DNA of 64,000 bases from an uncultured Pelotomaculum sp. (GTDB lineage Bacteria; Bacillota; Desulfotomaculia; Desulfotomaculales; Pelotomaculaceae). A program made the translations under genes and the position numbers. Below the pieces are notes generated by a model. The model did no database searches and was not told the origin of the DNA. It worked only from the letters and a program-made list of their open reading frames with translations. The stretch lies in the NCBI GenBank assembly GCA_964498525.1, contig CAZCGU010000007.1:47405-111404 (forward strand), read 5' to 3'. Each line of letters begins with the position of its first letter. Position 1 is the first letter of the stretch. Shown here piece after piece: positions 54,275 to 63,207 of the stretch.

Positions 54275-54924
54275 CAAAGTATATTTTAAAAATTACGCTG
54301 GAAAGTGACGCTGTTTTTGGTCGGGGCGATGGTGTGGCGGGTGCGATAGACACTGAAGTCCAGCATGATCAAAATGGGTTTCCTTTTTTGAATGGACGGA
54401 CCATTAAGGGCCTGCTGGTGCAGGAATGTGCCGATATTCTTGCTGCCCTGCCCAAAAACAGCATGTGGGAGCAATGCGCCCGGCGCCTATTTGGCTCACC
54501 CGGCAGTTCACCCGGCGACAGCGCGCTGATGATGATTGGCAACGCGCTTCTGCCGGAGGACTTGAGGCTGGCTATTAGAAGTGATATAAAAGAAAAAAGA
54601 ATCAGGCCGGAGGAAGTACTGGATTTGTTTACTTCCACAAGAAGCCAGACAGCGCTAGACGAAAGCGGTGTTGCCAGGGATAGCAGTTTGCGGCGTATAA
54701 GGGTAATTTTAAGAAAAACTCCCTTTGAATCGGCGCTGTTTTTTGTTGAACAGCCATCGACATCTGATTTAGCTCTGCTGGCCGCTTGCATCAAAGCTTT
54801 CCGGCGCGGGGGCACAGGTATAACCAGGGGGCTGGGGCGGCTTAGCGCAGAACTCCTGGACCAAAAGCAGCAGCCGATCACAGACTGCTATTTTGATGAG
54901 TTTCGAAAGGCGGTGCAATTATGA
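54271..54924 (+). CDS. cas7: type III Cas7 (Csm3/Cmr4-like RAMP)
   Basis: LESDAVFGRGDG...PFLNGRTIKGLL RAMP N-terminal motif. C-terminal G-rich loop GGTGITRGLGR. Start overlaps the cas10 stop. Confidence 0.7.
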   Translation: MTKYILKITLESDAVFGRGDGVAGAIDTEVQHDQNGFPFLNGRTIKGLLVQECADILAALPKNSMWEQCARRLFGSPGSSPGDSALMMIGNALLPEDLRLAIRSDIKEKRIRPEEVLDLFTSTRSQTALDESGVARDSSLRRIRVILRKTPFESALFFVEQPSTSDLALLAACIKAFRRGGTGITRGLGRLSAELLDQKQQPITDCYFDEFRKAVQL

Positions 54925-56465
54925 AGGCATTGTCTTACCAGATCCATCTGCTGAGTCCCTTACTGGCGACCCAACTCAGCGCGGGTGAAGAGAACAGTTC
55001 CAAGTCCTTTAACTATATTCCAGGCAGCATGCTGCGCGGTGCTTTGATAAATTTGTACCTGCGGGAACGTCGGGCGCAAAAGCAGGGGACTTATGACCCG
55101 GCACTGGATCCCGTCTGCCGCAGGCTCTTCTTTGATGGTACAAACTGTTACTTAAACGCCTACCCCGTTGACAATAACTTCTACCGGACTATACCCAAAC
55201 CGCTTTCCTGGTATATGAAAAAAGAGGAATTAGAAGATGACAACGGTACTGTTTATGACTTGGCATTAGAAGAAGTCGAGAACCTTAAGCCTTGCCCCGG
55301 ATGCTTTTACTCGCTGGATGGAGATATTGCGTATTTAGTTAAAACCAGCAGCAGCCTGTCAATGCACAACGCCAGCGCAGGGCGTATGGTCAGGCTAAAG
55401 GACAGGAGTACGGTATACTGTTACGAAGCTATTGCCGCCGGCCAGGTTTTCGGCGCCGCGGTTGTGTCAAAAAATGTCAGCGATCTGAATCTGCTGAAAT
55501 CGTGGATGGAGAACAGGCAGATTGCAATTGGTGGTTCAAAAAGTGCGGGGTATGGCCGGGTTGTTTTTAGGGAAACCAGGATACACGATGCCTGGAACGA
55601 GTGTGAACAACAAGGTGCACAGCGGAAAGGGGAGCTTGTTCTGACCCTGTTAAGCGATCTTATTTTCCGGAACAAGAACGGACATTATACAACAGACCTG
55701 GATGAAATCCTCGGCTGTAAACATGAGCGTGCATATCAATCAACTAGAATTGTCGGGGGATTTAACCGCAAATGGGGTTTGCCGCTGGTTCAGGTCCCCG
55801 CTGTACAGGCCGGCAGCGTTTTCGTATACCGGGCCGGGGATATTGCTCAGGGTGTTCTTGAACAGTATCTTGCCGAGGGTATCGGGGACCGCCGGGTGGA
55901 GGGTTTTGGCCGCATTGCCATTAATCTTAATAGGCATAATATTCTGAGCAAGTTTGCATGTGACAGGCCTAACCTGCTCAGAGACGATAAACTGCCTTTA
56001 TCCGGTGAGAGTACGGAACTGGCCGGGAGACTGGCAGTAAGGCGGCTGAAAAAAACGTTGGACGGAAGATTGTTAGAGGCCATAGACCGTTTAGATATAA
56101 TACATTTTCCCCCGGAGAAATCCCAGTTAAACCGCCTGAGGGAGGTAGCAAAACAGGCCCTGCGCCAGGATCAGCCTGAAATTATCACCAACTACTTAAA
56201 TGATATGGGTGAAACAGGCGCAAGACAATTTAAACGCGCCAGGATCACGGGCAATAGAAGGCTTTCTACCTGGCTTAAGAAGGACATTAAGGATGAAAAG
56301 ATATGGAAGGACTATCTTGGATTAGAACAAAAACCAGGAATTGTCTCTGTAGCTGGTGTTTCGGCAGAAATCACAAAAGAAATAAAGCTTGAATACACCG
56401 TACGATTGCTGGAGGCAGTGCTGAAAAAGACCGTTAAAAAGCTACAGGAGGAAAGTGTCTTATGA
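54921..56465 (+). CDS. csx10: Csx10-like Cas5-family RAMP with helical C-terminal extension (possible fused Cas11)
   Basis: IPGSMLRGALINLY and IGGSKSAGYGRV RAMP motifs, with G-rich GFGRIAIN. The last ~170 aa are predicted alpha-helical (LAGRLAVRRLKKTLDGRLLEAIDRL...). Confidence 0.6.
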   Translation: MKALSYQIHLLSPLLATQLSAGEENSSKSFNYIPGSMLRGALINLYLRERRAQKQGTYDPALDPVCRRLFFDGTNCYLNAYPVDNNFYRTIPKPLSWYMKKEELEDDNGTVYDLALEEVENLKPCPGCFYSLDGDIAYLVKTSSSLSMHNASAGRMVRLKDRSTVYCYEAIAAGQVFGAAVVSKNVSDLNLLKSWMENRQIAIGGSKSAGYGRVVFRETRIHDAWNECEQQGAQRKGELVLTLLSDLIFRNKNGHYTTDLDEILGCKHERAYQSTRIVGGFNRKWGLPLVQVPAVQAGSVFVYRAGDIAQGVLEQYLAEGIGDRRVEGFGRIAINLNRHNILSKFACDRPNLLRDDKLPLSGESTELAGRLAVRRLKKTLDGRLLEAIDRLDIIHFPPEKSQLNRLREVAKQALRQDQPEIITNYLNDMGETGARQFKRARITGNRRLSTWLKKDIKDEKIWKDYLGLEQKPGIVSVAGVSAEITKEIKLEYTVRLLEAVLKKTVKKLQEESVL

Positions 56466-57949
56466 GCGGGCGGTGGCGGGATTCCCGGATGATACAGGAG
56501 CGGGTTATTGTTACGGGCGACATGGTTTTGGAAACGCCTGCTTTGTTGGGCAGTGGGGACGCGGAGGGACTGGTTGACATGCCTCTGCTCATTGACCCGC
56601 TGGAAGGCCGGGCACTGCTGACTGGTTCTTCTATTGCGGGCGCCTTGCGTAATTATCTGCGCAGGTACAACAGTGGTCTGGCGGAAATAATATTTGGCAG
56701 TGAGATGCCAGGCAAGTCAAGTATTGCAGAGTGCTGGCCGGGCAACCTGTGGCAGGAAATAACAAATAATGCGGGTGAGGCGCAAGGTTGCACGCAGAGC
56801 TTGCTGTTTGTGGACGATGCGCTGGGAGATATGCCGGTGGTGGAGCTGCGTGACGGTGTAGCTGTTAATCCCCGCACCGGCACAGCTGAGGATGGGGCCA
56901 AATATGATCTGGAGCTGTTGGCGGCTGGTTCGCCTTTTAAGATTTCCCTTGAACTGCTGGTGCTTAAGGGCATGGATAAAAAAATGTTATTCGAAGGCCT
57001 GGCGCTTGCCCTGCAGGGGCTGGGCAAAGGGGAAATCGCACTTGGCGGCAGGAAGAGCCGGGGGTTCGGTCGCTGTAAGATTAGAAATTGGCAAGTGGTT
57101 CGTTATGATCTGACCGGACCGGAGGGAATGCTGTCCTGGCTGGCAAACAGTCAGGCCAATTGTTTGTATGGCCCGGATGTGGCCAGCCTGTTGGGGGTAA
57201 GCCTCCTGGAAAGGCCAATCCCTGACAAATTCACCCTTCAGGCGTCATTTACTATCAATGGTTCACTAATTAACCGCTCGCCGGGGCATTTCAGATCATC
57301 CCCGTCTCCCGGCAGGGAATCCATACAGGCGGTTGCCTGCCTGCCGGACACGGCGCACCTGCATTCCAGGCGGGATGGTGACTATGTGCCTGTGGCAAGC
57401 GGTACCAGCCTGGCGGGGGTATTGCGTTCCCGGGCCATTAAAATTGCCAACACGCTCGGTAAAGATGCTTACTCACTAACTAACAACATATTCGGCTACC
57501 GGCGCAAAGACCATAAGGATAAAACAAAACCTGCCGCCAGCCGTCTGTGGGTGGAGGAAACAGTGATTCAAAATCCTGTGCCGCTGGTACAGAGCAGGAT
57601 AATAATTGACCGTTTTACAGGCGGGGCTTATCCCGGCGCTCTTTTTGATGAACAGCCTGTGTTTGGCAAAGATGACACTTCACTGGAAGTAAAGCTAAGT
57701 CTGGACAACCCCGAGAATTGTGAAATTGGCCTGCTTTTATTGCTTTTAAAGGATTTATGGACCGGTGACCTGGCTTTGGGCGGCGAAAGTGCCATAGGGC
57801 GCGGCCGGCTGAGCGGAAAAAAGGCCGGATTGGCCTATGCTGGCGAGCAATGGACAATTGTTCAGGCGCCGGATGGGACTATTCAGGTAGAAGGTGATGC
57901 GAGCAAGCTGGAGGAATTTGTCCGGAGCTGCGGGGAGGTAATGGATTGA
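56462..57949 (+). CDS. double-RAMP Cas7 fusion (Cas7-2x)
   Basis: Two RAMP units: LTGSSIAGALRNYL...GGRKSRGFGR and ASGTSLAGVLRSRA...GGESAIGRGR. Confidence 0.65.
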   Translation: MSGRWRDSRMIQERVIVTGDMVLETPALLGSGDAEGLVDMPLLIDPLEGRALLTGSSIAGALRNYLRRYNSGLAEIIFGSEMPGKSSIAECWPGNLWQEITNNAGEAQGCTQSLLFVDDALGDMPVVELRDGVAVNPRTGTAEDGAKYDLELLAAGSPFKISLELLVLKGMDKKMLFEGLALALQGLGKGEIALGGRKSRGFGRCKIRNWQVVRYDLTGPEGMLSWLANSQANCLYGPDVASLLGVSLLERPIPDKFTLQASFTINGSLINRSPGHFRSSPSPGRESIQAVACLPDTAHLHSRRDGDYVPVASGTSLAGVLRSRAIKIANTLGKDAYSLTNNIFGYRRKDHKDKTKPAASRLWVEETVIQNPVPLVQSRIIIDRFTGGAYPGALFDEQPVFGKDDTSLEVKLSLDNPENCEIGLLLLLLKDLWTGDLALGGESAIGRGRLSGKKAGLAYAGEQWTIVQAPDGTIQVEGDASKLEEFVRSCGEVMD

Positions 57950-58578
57950 TACGGGAAGATCATTGGGATTGTAATGTGAAAACTCTTTCTACTGATGGTT
58001 TTGTGTCTGACCCGGCGGTTTGGTTTAGCGAGCATTCTATGCACTCTATGCAGGGCCGGTACGCCCTGTTCCTGGCGCACGCCGACGATGGTGTGATCTG
58101 GGGCCGGTTGCAGAACAATCAGCTGCTTACTTCAAGTCAATTGTTCAAACGCTACGAGATTTCAATTTCACCCCCGTTGAGAGCAGACACCTTACAGGAT
58201 GCCTATTTGTTTTGTGAAGCCGGGGAGATCCGGGTGTGGCGAAGTGAAAGAGGGTTTCAGGCCTGTAGTTTGCACGATGTGTCCAAAGAAGAAGCCCATT
58301 CCTTTGATGAGAAGCAGATTCTCTGGGGTACCCGGATTGAAGACAGGGAACAAGGCTTCACCCTGTTAGCAGACGGGAGGCAGGGGCTGCGGCACGCTGT
58401 GCCGCTGGATATCCCGGCATCGAGTTTCGGTGACGGAAAAGGTCTTTACAGGCCATTGCGGTTAATTTTGCGACATTATTTGGCCTATAGCGAAGATGGC
58501 TGTGCCCGGATCTATCTGAGCCGCTTGCTGGACCTGCGGTGTGAACCCATACAGAAGAAAGGTGGGATTAAGAGATGA
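57946..58578 (+). CDS. csx19: Csx19-like (TIGR03984-type) type III-D accessory subunit
   Basis: 210 aa, translationally coupled on both sides. LFLAHADDGVIWGRL fits my recollection of Csx19. Its position between Cas7-2x and the large RAMP matches III-D variant loci. Confidence 0.5.
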   Translation: MIREDHWDCNVKTLSTDGFVSDPAVWFSEHSMHSMQGRYALFLAHADDGVIWGRLQNNQLLTSSQLFKRYEISISPPLRADTLQDAYLFCEAGEIRVWRSERGFQACSLHDVSKEEAHSFDEKQILWGTRIEDREQGFTLLADGRQGLRHAVPLDIPASSFGDGKGLYRPLRLILRHYLAYSEDGCARIYLSRLLDLRCEPIQKKGGIKR

Positions 58579-60557
58579 ACCCCAGGCACAACAACCCGAC
58601 CGGACCGGGGCGCATCGCGCACGCGCCTTATAATTTTGTGCCCTTACCAGAGAGAGCGGTTCCGGCCGAACAGAATTTACCGGATATGGACCGGTATTAC
58701 CATGAACGTTATACCGGAGTCATTGAATGTGAAATCATGACTGAGTCGCCGGTTTATGTGAGGGGAATGAGCGAGCCGGATTCTTATGCGGAGTTTAAGA
58801 AGACACGCTTGCACAAAATGAGCGATGAAAGAAAGCGGCAGTACGCGCGCTTTTATAGCCTGGATAACAACGGGCTTCCTGCTATCCCCGGCAGTTCCCT
58901 GCGCGGGATGGTCCGATCTATTGTTGAGGTTGCAGCTTACGGCAAAATGCAGTGGGTGACAAATAAGCCGCTGGTGTTCCGGGCAGTTGGAGACACCTCT
59001 AGTTTGGGGGTTTATTATCGAAAACTACTCATGCGGGACGATGAAGGCGGAAGAAAATTTACCCCCCTGGTGCAGGCAGGCTATCTGGTTAAGGAAAAGG
59101 ATCGCTGGTTTATCAAGCCTGCGCTGTCTGTACAAGGCGTAACCTTTGCGCGCATTCATAAGGAAAAGATACCGCCAAGTCTACCAACATGGCACGAGTG
59201 TAAGAATGCAAGATGTATCTGGATAAAGCCCGGTGATTATGATTACCAGAAGGTCAGAGGCTATCTGCAATTGAAGTACTTGCCAGTTTCGGATGCCAGG
59301 AGTTCACCTGCTGAAGGTTTTATGAAAGCGATCTTGGTCAGAAGTGGTAATATACCAAAGAAAAAAATGGAGGCGGTAATCTTCCCACCAGATGAATCAG
59401 TTCCTGTATCCAAACAAATTGAAATAAACGATGAAATTCTTCAACGCTATCGCGAGCAGGTAAGCCAGCAGCAGGAATGCCTGCTGGGAGGGAAGGATGG
59501 GGCTTTAAGGCCTTATCAACCTGTGTTTTATTTACTTAAAAACGGGGTTCTGGTATTTTTTGGCCATACTATGATGTTTCGTCTGCCTTATGAAAAAACC
59601 CCCCATGATTTTATTCCGCCGAGCCTTCGTCCGGAAACTTCAGAGGTTAATCTTGACATGACTGAGGCCATTTTTGGATTTGCTCCCAAAGGAAATAAGG
59701 ACAGGTGTGCTTCCCGCGCCGGCCGGATATCTTTTTGTGACGCTATGTTAAACCCTGGTGAAGAAGACATCTGGCTTTCAGACCATCCGATAATTCCTAA
59801 AATTCTAAGTGGGCCAAAACCAACCGCCTTTCAGCATTACCTCACCCAACAGCAGCCGGACAAGGTGCCCACTGGTTTGCGAGACAAAAATGGTTTGCCT
59901 AAATTGGCGTTGCGGCTGGATCATTACGCCAGTCCACCGCCGCACGATACAGTGATCCGAGGACATAAATTTTACTGGCATAAAGGTCAGGTCCGCTTAT
60001 CTGACATAAAGGATAAAGAACAGTATAATTTACAGATCGACAAGCAGCACACGCTTTTTTCACCGGTAAAGCCGGGCGTTAAATTTCATAGCATGATACA
60101 TTTTGAGAATTTGTCTAAAGTGGAATTGGGCGCTATCTTATGGGCGCTTCTTTTACCCGGCGAGCATGGTAAGGAATACCGGCACAAAATCGGTATGGGT
60201 AAGCCGCTTGGCCTGGGTTCAATAAAAATAATTCCGAAACTGTTTCTTGATAATAGAAAAAGCCGTTATGAGCGGTTGTTTAGCGGTCAAGACTGGCATC
60301 AAGCCAGGAGCTTTAATGAGGACTTGTATGGTTTTATAAATGTTTTTGAAGAATATGTGCTGAAAGAATTATGCCCGGAGGATCGCCAGGGTGCTAATAA
60401 GCTATCAAAAACAAAGAGGATTCAAATGTTTCTTAAGTTGCTGGAGTGGCCGGGTTTGAAAGACCGCGAACTTACCGAGTATATGAATATAAATGAATTC
60501 CGTCCAGTACTGCCTGATCCACTGCATGTCGTAAAGAATAACAAACAATGCCCTTAA
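58575..60557 (+). CDS. large RAMP protein (TIGR03986-type; Cas7 with insertion)
   Basis: HAPYNFVPLPE N-terminus, IPGSSLRGMVRS RAMP motif, C-terminal GMGKPLGLGS glycine loop. 660 aa with a long internal insertion. Confidence 0.7.
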   Translation: MNPRHNNPTGPGRIAHAPYNFVPLPERAVPAEQNLPDMDRYYHERYTGVIECEIMTESPVYVRGMSEPDSYAEFKKTRLHKMSDERKRQYARFYSLDNNGLPAIPGSSLRGMVRSIVEVAAYGKMQWVTNKPLVFRAVGDTSSLGVYYRKLLMRDDEGGRKFTPLVQAGYLVKEKDRWFIKPALSVQGVTFARIHKEKIPPSLPTWHECKNARCIWIKPGDYDYQKVRGYLQLKYLPVSDARSSPAEGFMKAILVRSGNIPKKKMEAVIFPPDESVPVSKQIEINDEILQRYREQVSQQQECLLGGKDGALRPYQPVFYLLKNGVLVFFGHTMMFRLPYEKTPHDFIPPSLRPETSEVNLDMTEAIFGFAPKGNKDRCASRAGRISFCDAMLNPGEEDIWLSDHPIIPKILSGPKPTAFQHYLTQQQPDKVPTGLRDKNGLPKLALRLDHYASPPPHDTVIRGHKFYWHKGQVRLSDIKDKEQYNLQIDKQHTLFSPVKPGVKFHSMIHFENLSKVELGAILWALLLPGEHGKEYRHKIGMGKPLGLGSIKIIPKLFLDNRKSRYERLFSGQDWHQARSFNEDLYGFINVFEEYVLKELCPEDRQGANKLSKTKRIQMFLKLLEWPGLKDRELTEYMNINEFRPVLPDPLHVVKNNKQCP

Positions 60558-60658
60558 AAGGCGCCTAGCAACGGTAATATTAATAACCGTAACAGTTCCA
60601 CAACGGAAGGGTCAGAAAGGCAGAAAAAGAGCTCGGTAAAATAAAATAGGGACCGGTA

Positions 60659-61975
60659 ATGGGGGCACAATATATTATGAAGGTTTTAATACTTACTGTG
60701 GGCGGATCGGATACCCCGGTTGTTAACTGTATAAAAAACTACCATCCGAATTACGTGGTTTTTCTCTGTACCGAAGATAATAACGATAACATGGGCAGCC
60801 GGAAAATGATCGACGGCGGGGATATTGTAAAAAAAGAGCGACCCTGCAAAAAATGCAATTATAAAAATGTTAGTAAAAAAGATAATATTGTTAACCAATG
60901 CGGTCTGAGCAATGATTATGCTATTCACGTGGTGCCTCATGACGACCCCAATAAGTGCTATGAAACCGCATTCAATTTGATAAAAAATTTTATCAGCGAG
61001 GGGCATGAAATCACAGTTGACTATACGGGCGGGACAAAATCAATGTCCGTTGGCCTGGCTGTAGCGGCTATGGAATTTCCCCAGTGCAATTTGAGCGTTG
61101 TTAAGGGTATAAGGCAGGACTTGGATAGGATTAGGGACGGAATGGAGGTGGTCTCAAGATTACCATCTCATGCTGTTTTTACAAAAAGGCAAAAAAGGCT
61201 GTGCCGGGATTTAATCAGCCAATACAACTACGCCGCCGCTGTTCGAATTTTAGAGGAGTTAAGCACCCTGGGTTTTGTTGATGATGAAAAATATTTTAGA
61301 AGACAGCTAATACTTTGCCGTAGTTTTGCTGCCTGGGACAAATTTGATTATCACAAAACGGTGGAAATGATGAACATTTATAAAAGAGATCCGCTGATCA
61401 CCGAATATTATGCTGTGCTCAGGCAAATTTGTGCCACACTGGAATGGTACGGAGAAGGGGCTACGGAAATCAAAAAGGCTCCCCCCGTTTTTATGCTTGT
61501 TTATGATGTTCTGCTAAACGCTGAACGAAGAGCTTATCAAGGCCATTACGATGACGCTGTGTCCAGAATGTACAGGGCATTAGAGATGTATGGACAATTT
61601 TGTCTCCGTACAGGTGAGCCGCAACTGACCAGTGAGGATGTAGATGTATCATTGATACCTGAACAACACCGTGAATATTATGAAAAGAAACGAGGCGCAA
61701 GGGGCAAAATCCAGATCGGTTTGATCGATGATTATGAACTGCTAGCTATACTTGGCCATCCGGTTAAGCAGCTATGGGAAAGCTGGCGGGATAAGATAAA
61801 AGGGGTTCTAAATAAAAGGAACAACAGTTTTTTGGCACATGGCATGAAACCTGTTTCATGTAAAGAATATACTGAAATGAAAGAAATAATATGGGGTTTT
61901 ATATCGGGTTGTGATAAGATTATGACGATAAGGAATGGTTTTTCCGAATCAAAACAGTTTCCACTGGAGATATAA
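60659..61975 (+). CDS. CARF-domain protein (TIGR02710-type) with C-terminal HEPN-like R-x6-H motif
   Basis: KVLILTVGGSDTPVV and VDYTGGTKSMSV CARF motifs. C-terminal helical domain with KRNNSFLAHG. An alternative start is the ATG at 60677. Confidence 0.65.
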   Translation: MGAQYIMKVLILTVGGSDTPVVNCIKNYHPNYVVFLCTEDNNDNMGSRKMIDGGDIVKKERPCKKCNYKNVSKKDNIVNQCGLSNDYAIHVVPHDDPNKCYETAFNLIKNFISEGHEITVDYTGGTKSMSVGLAVAAMEFPQCNLSVVKGIRQDLDRIRDGMEVVSRLPSHAVFTKRQKRLCRDLISQYNYAAAVRILEELSTLGFVDDEKYFRRQLILCRSFAAWDKFDYHKTVEMMNIYKRDPLITEYYAVLRQICATLEWYGEGATEIKKAPPVFMLVYDVLLNAERRAYQGHYDDAVSRMYRALEMYGQFCLRTGEPQLTSEDVDVSLIPEQHREYYEKKRGARGKIQIGLIDDYELLAILGHPVKQLWESWRDKIKGVLNKRNNSFLAHGMKPVSCKEYTEMKEIIWGFISGCDKIMTIRNGFSESKQFPLEI

Positions 61976-62043
61976 TATACTATTTGGTTAAAACCCCCTT
62001 TTGAGGATATAGTTGGCGAGAGGAGGATCCTATGCAACCAACC

Positions 62044-62100
62044 ATGGCCCCTTCTTTGCTATGACTTTTATCCATATAATTTGCCGTGCTACGGATAGAA
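62044..62100 (+). pseudogene. remnant of the 3' end of a csa1-like gene
   Basis: CATGGCC..TGCTATGA..TCCATATAATTTGC.GTGC.ACGG.TAGAATAAAAAGAGGG parallels 49925-49990, the end of csa1 plus its stop. Confidence 0.6.
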
Positions 62101-62272
62101 TAAAAAGAGGGTTTTTGCCGTGTCGGCTGAGAGATAGATATTATTGGTTTTTTCGCAAAAGGAGGGGGTTTTGGAGCAGAAAAGGGTTTTGCGAAAATTT
62201 AAGCTTGTAAGGTCCTATTTGGTATCTAAAAAAACCAGTGATATCAAGGATTTACCCTGAACACCCGGGTCG
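62101..62272 (+). promoter_or_regulatory. CRISPR array 2 leader (paralogue of the array 1 leader)
   Basis: Shared blocks AATAAAAAGAGGGTTTTTGC, ATTGGTTTTTTCGCAAAAGGAGGGGGTTTTG.AGCAGAAAAGGG.TTTGCGAAA, TTGGTATCTAAAAAAACC and CAAGGATTT.CCC. Confidence 0.7.
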
Positions 62273-63207
62273 GTTACACTGCCAATCCCGATAACAAGGG
62301 GACTAAAATTATAAAAATCATATTTAAAATAACGATCCAAATTAAGTGTTACACTGCCAATCCCGATAACAAGGGGACTAAAATAGGTTTCCAATACGAG
62401 CCCGGCGGAGAATACGAGCATTGTTACACTGCCAATCCCGATAACAAGGGGACTGAAATTTTGGCCAGTAAAGAAGAGGAAATCCTGGACGCGCTGAGTT
62501 ACACTGCCAATCCCGATAACAAGGGGACTGAAATGTACCAACGAGTGTCGCCTGGGGGCGGGCAATTTGACCGTTACACTGCCAATCCCGATAACAAGGG
62601 GACTGAAATGCTGGGATAAGAGGCAGCGGTACGCCAAGCAGGAACGGGGTTACACTGCCAATCCCGATAACAAGGGGACTGAAATACGAAGAAGCCACGC
62701 AGGCCATGAAGCTGGGGGGCGGTATTGTTACACTGCCAATCCCGATAACAAGGGGACTGAAATACGCAATCAGAAGGGCCTTCATCCACGATATGAGGTT
62801 AGTTACACTGCCAATCCCGATAACAAGGGGACTGAAATGAATTTACGATCATGGCGTCAAATTCCACTCCAATATGTTACACTGCCAATCCCGATAACAA
62901 GGGGACTGAAATTGACAATGTAGGGTCTGGTTACGATAACCAGGTAGATGTTACACTGCCAATCCCGATAACAAGGGGACTGAAATCCAATCCACCTTGG
63001 GGCGGAGTTTTTCCTCCGCCCAGCGTTACACTGCCAATCCCGATAACAAGGGGACTGAAATACCAAAACATGCACCATCACCTTCACTTGCACCGAGTTA
63101 CACTGCCAATCCCGATAACAAGGGGACTGAAATTTCAGAATATAGTGTTAAGCGCCTCATACCCCGCCCTGTTACACTGCCAATCCCGATAACAAGGGGA
63201 CTGAATC
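62273..63207 (+). CRISPR. CRISPR array 2: 13 repeats of 37 bp, 12 spacers of 35-41 bp
   Basis: Consensus GTTACACTGCCAATCCCGATAACAAGGGGACTGAAAT. Repeat starts: 62273, 62348, 62423, 62498, 62573, 62649, 62727, 62802, 62876, 62950, 63025, 63097, 63171. The first two repeats end ..GGGGACTAAAAT. The last is degenerate (..CTGAATC). Confidence 0.97.

Noticed and set aside
50203-63170. Self-targeting spacers against the prophage remnant or the defence island in this window
   Set aside because: I compared the 23 spacers by eye with the rest of the window and saw no match. A manual scan cannot exclude partial matches, so this needs BLASTN of the spacers against the genome.
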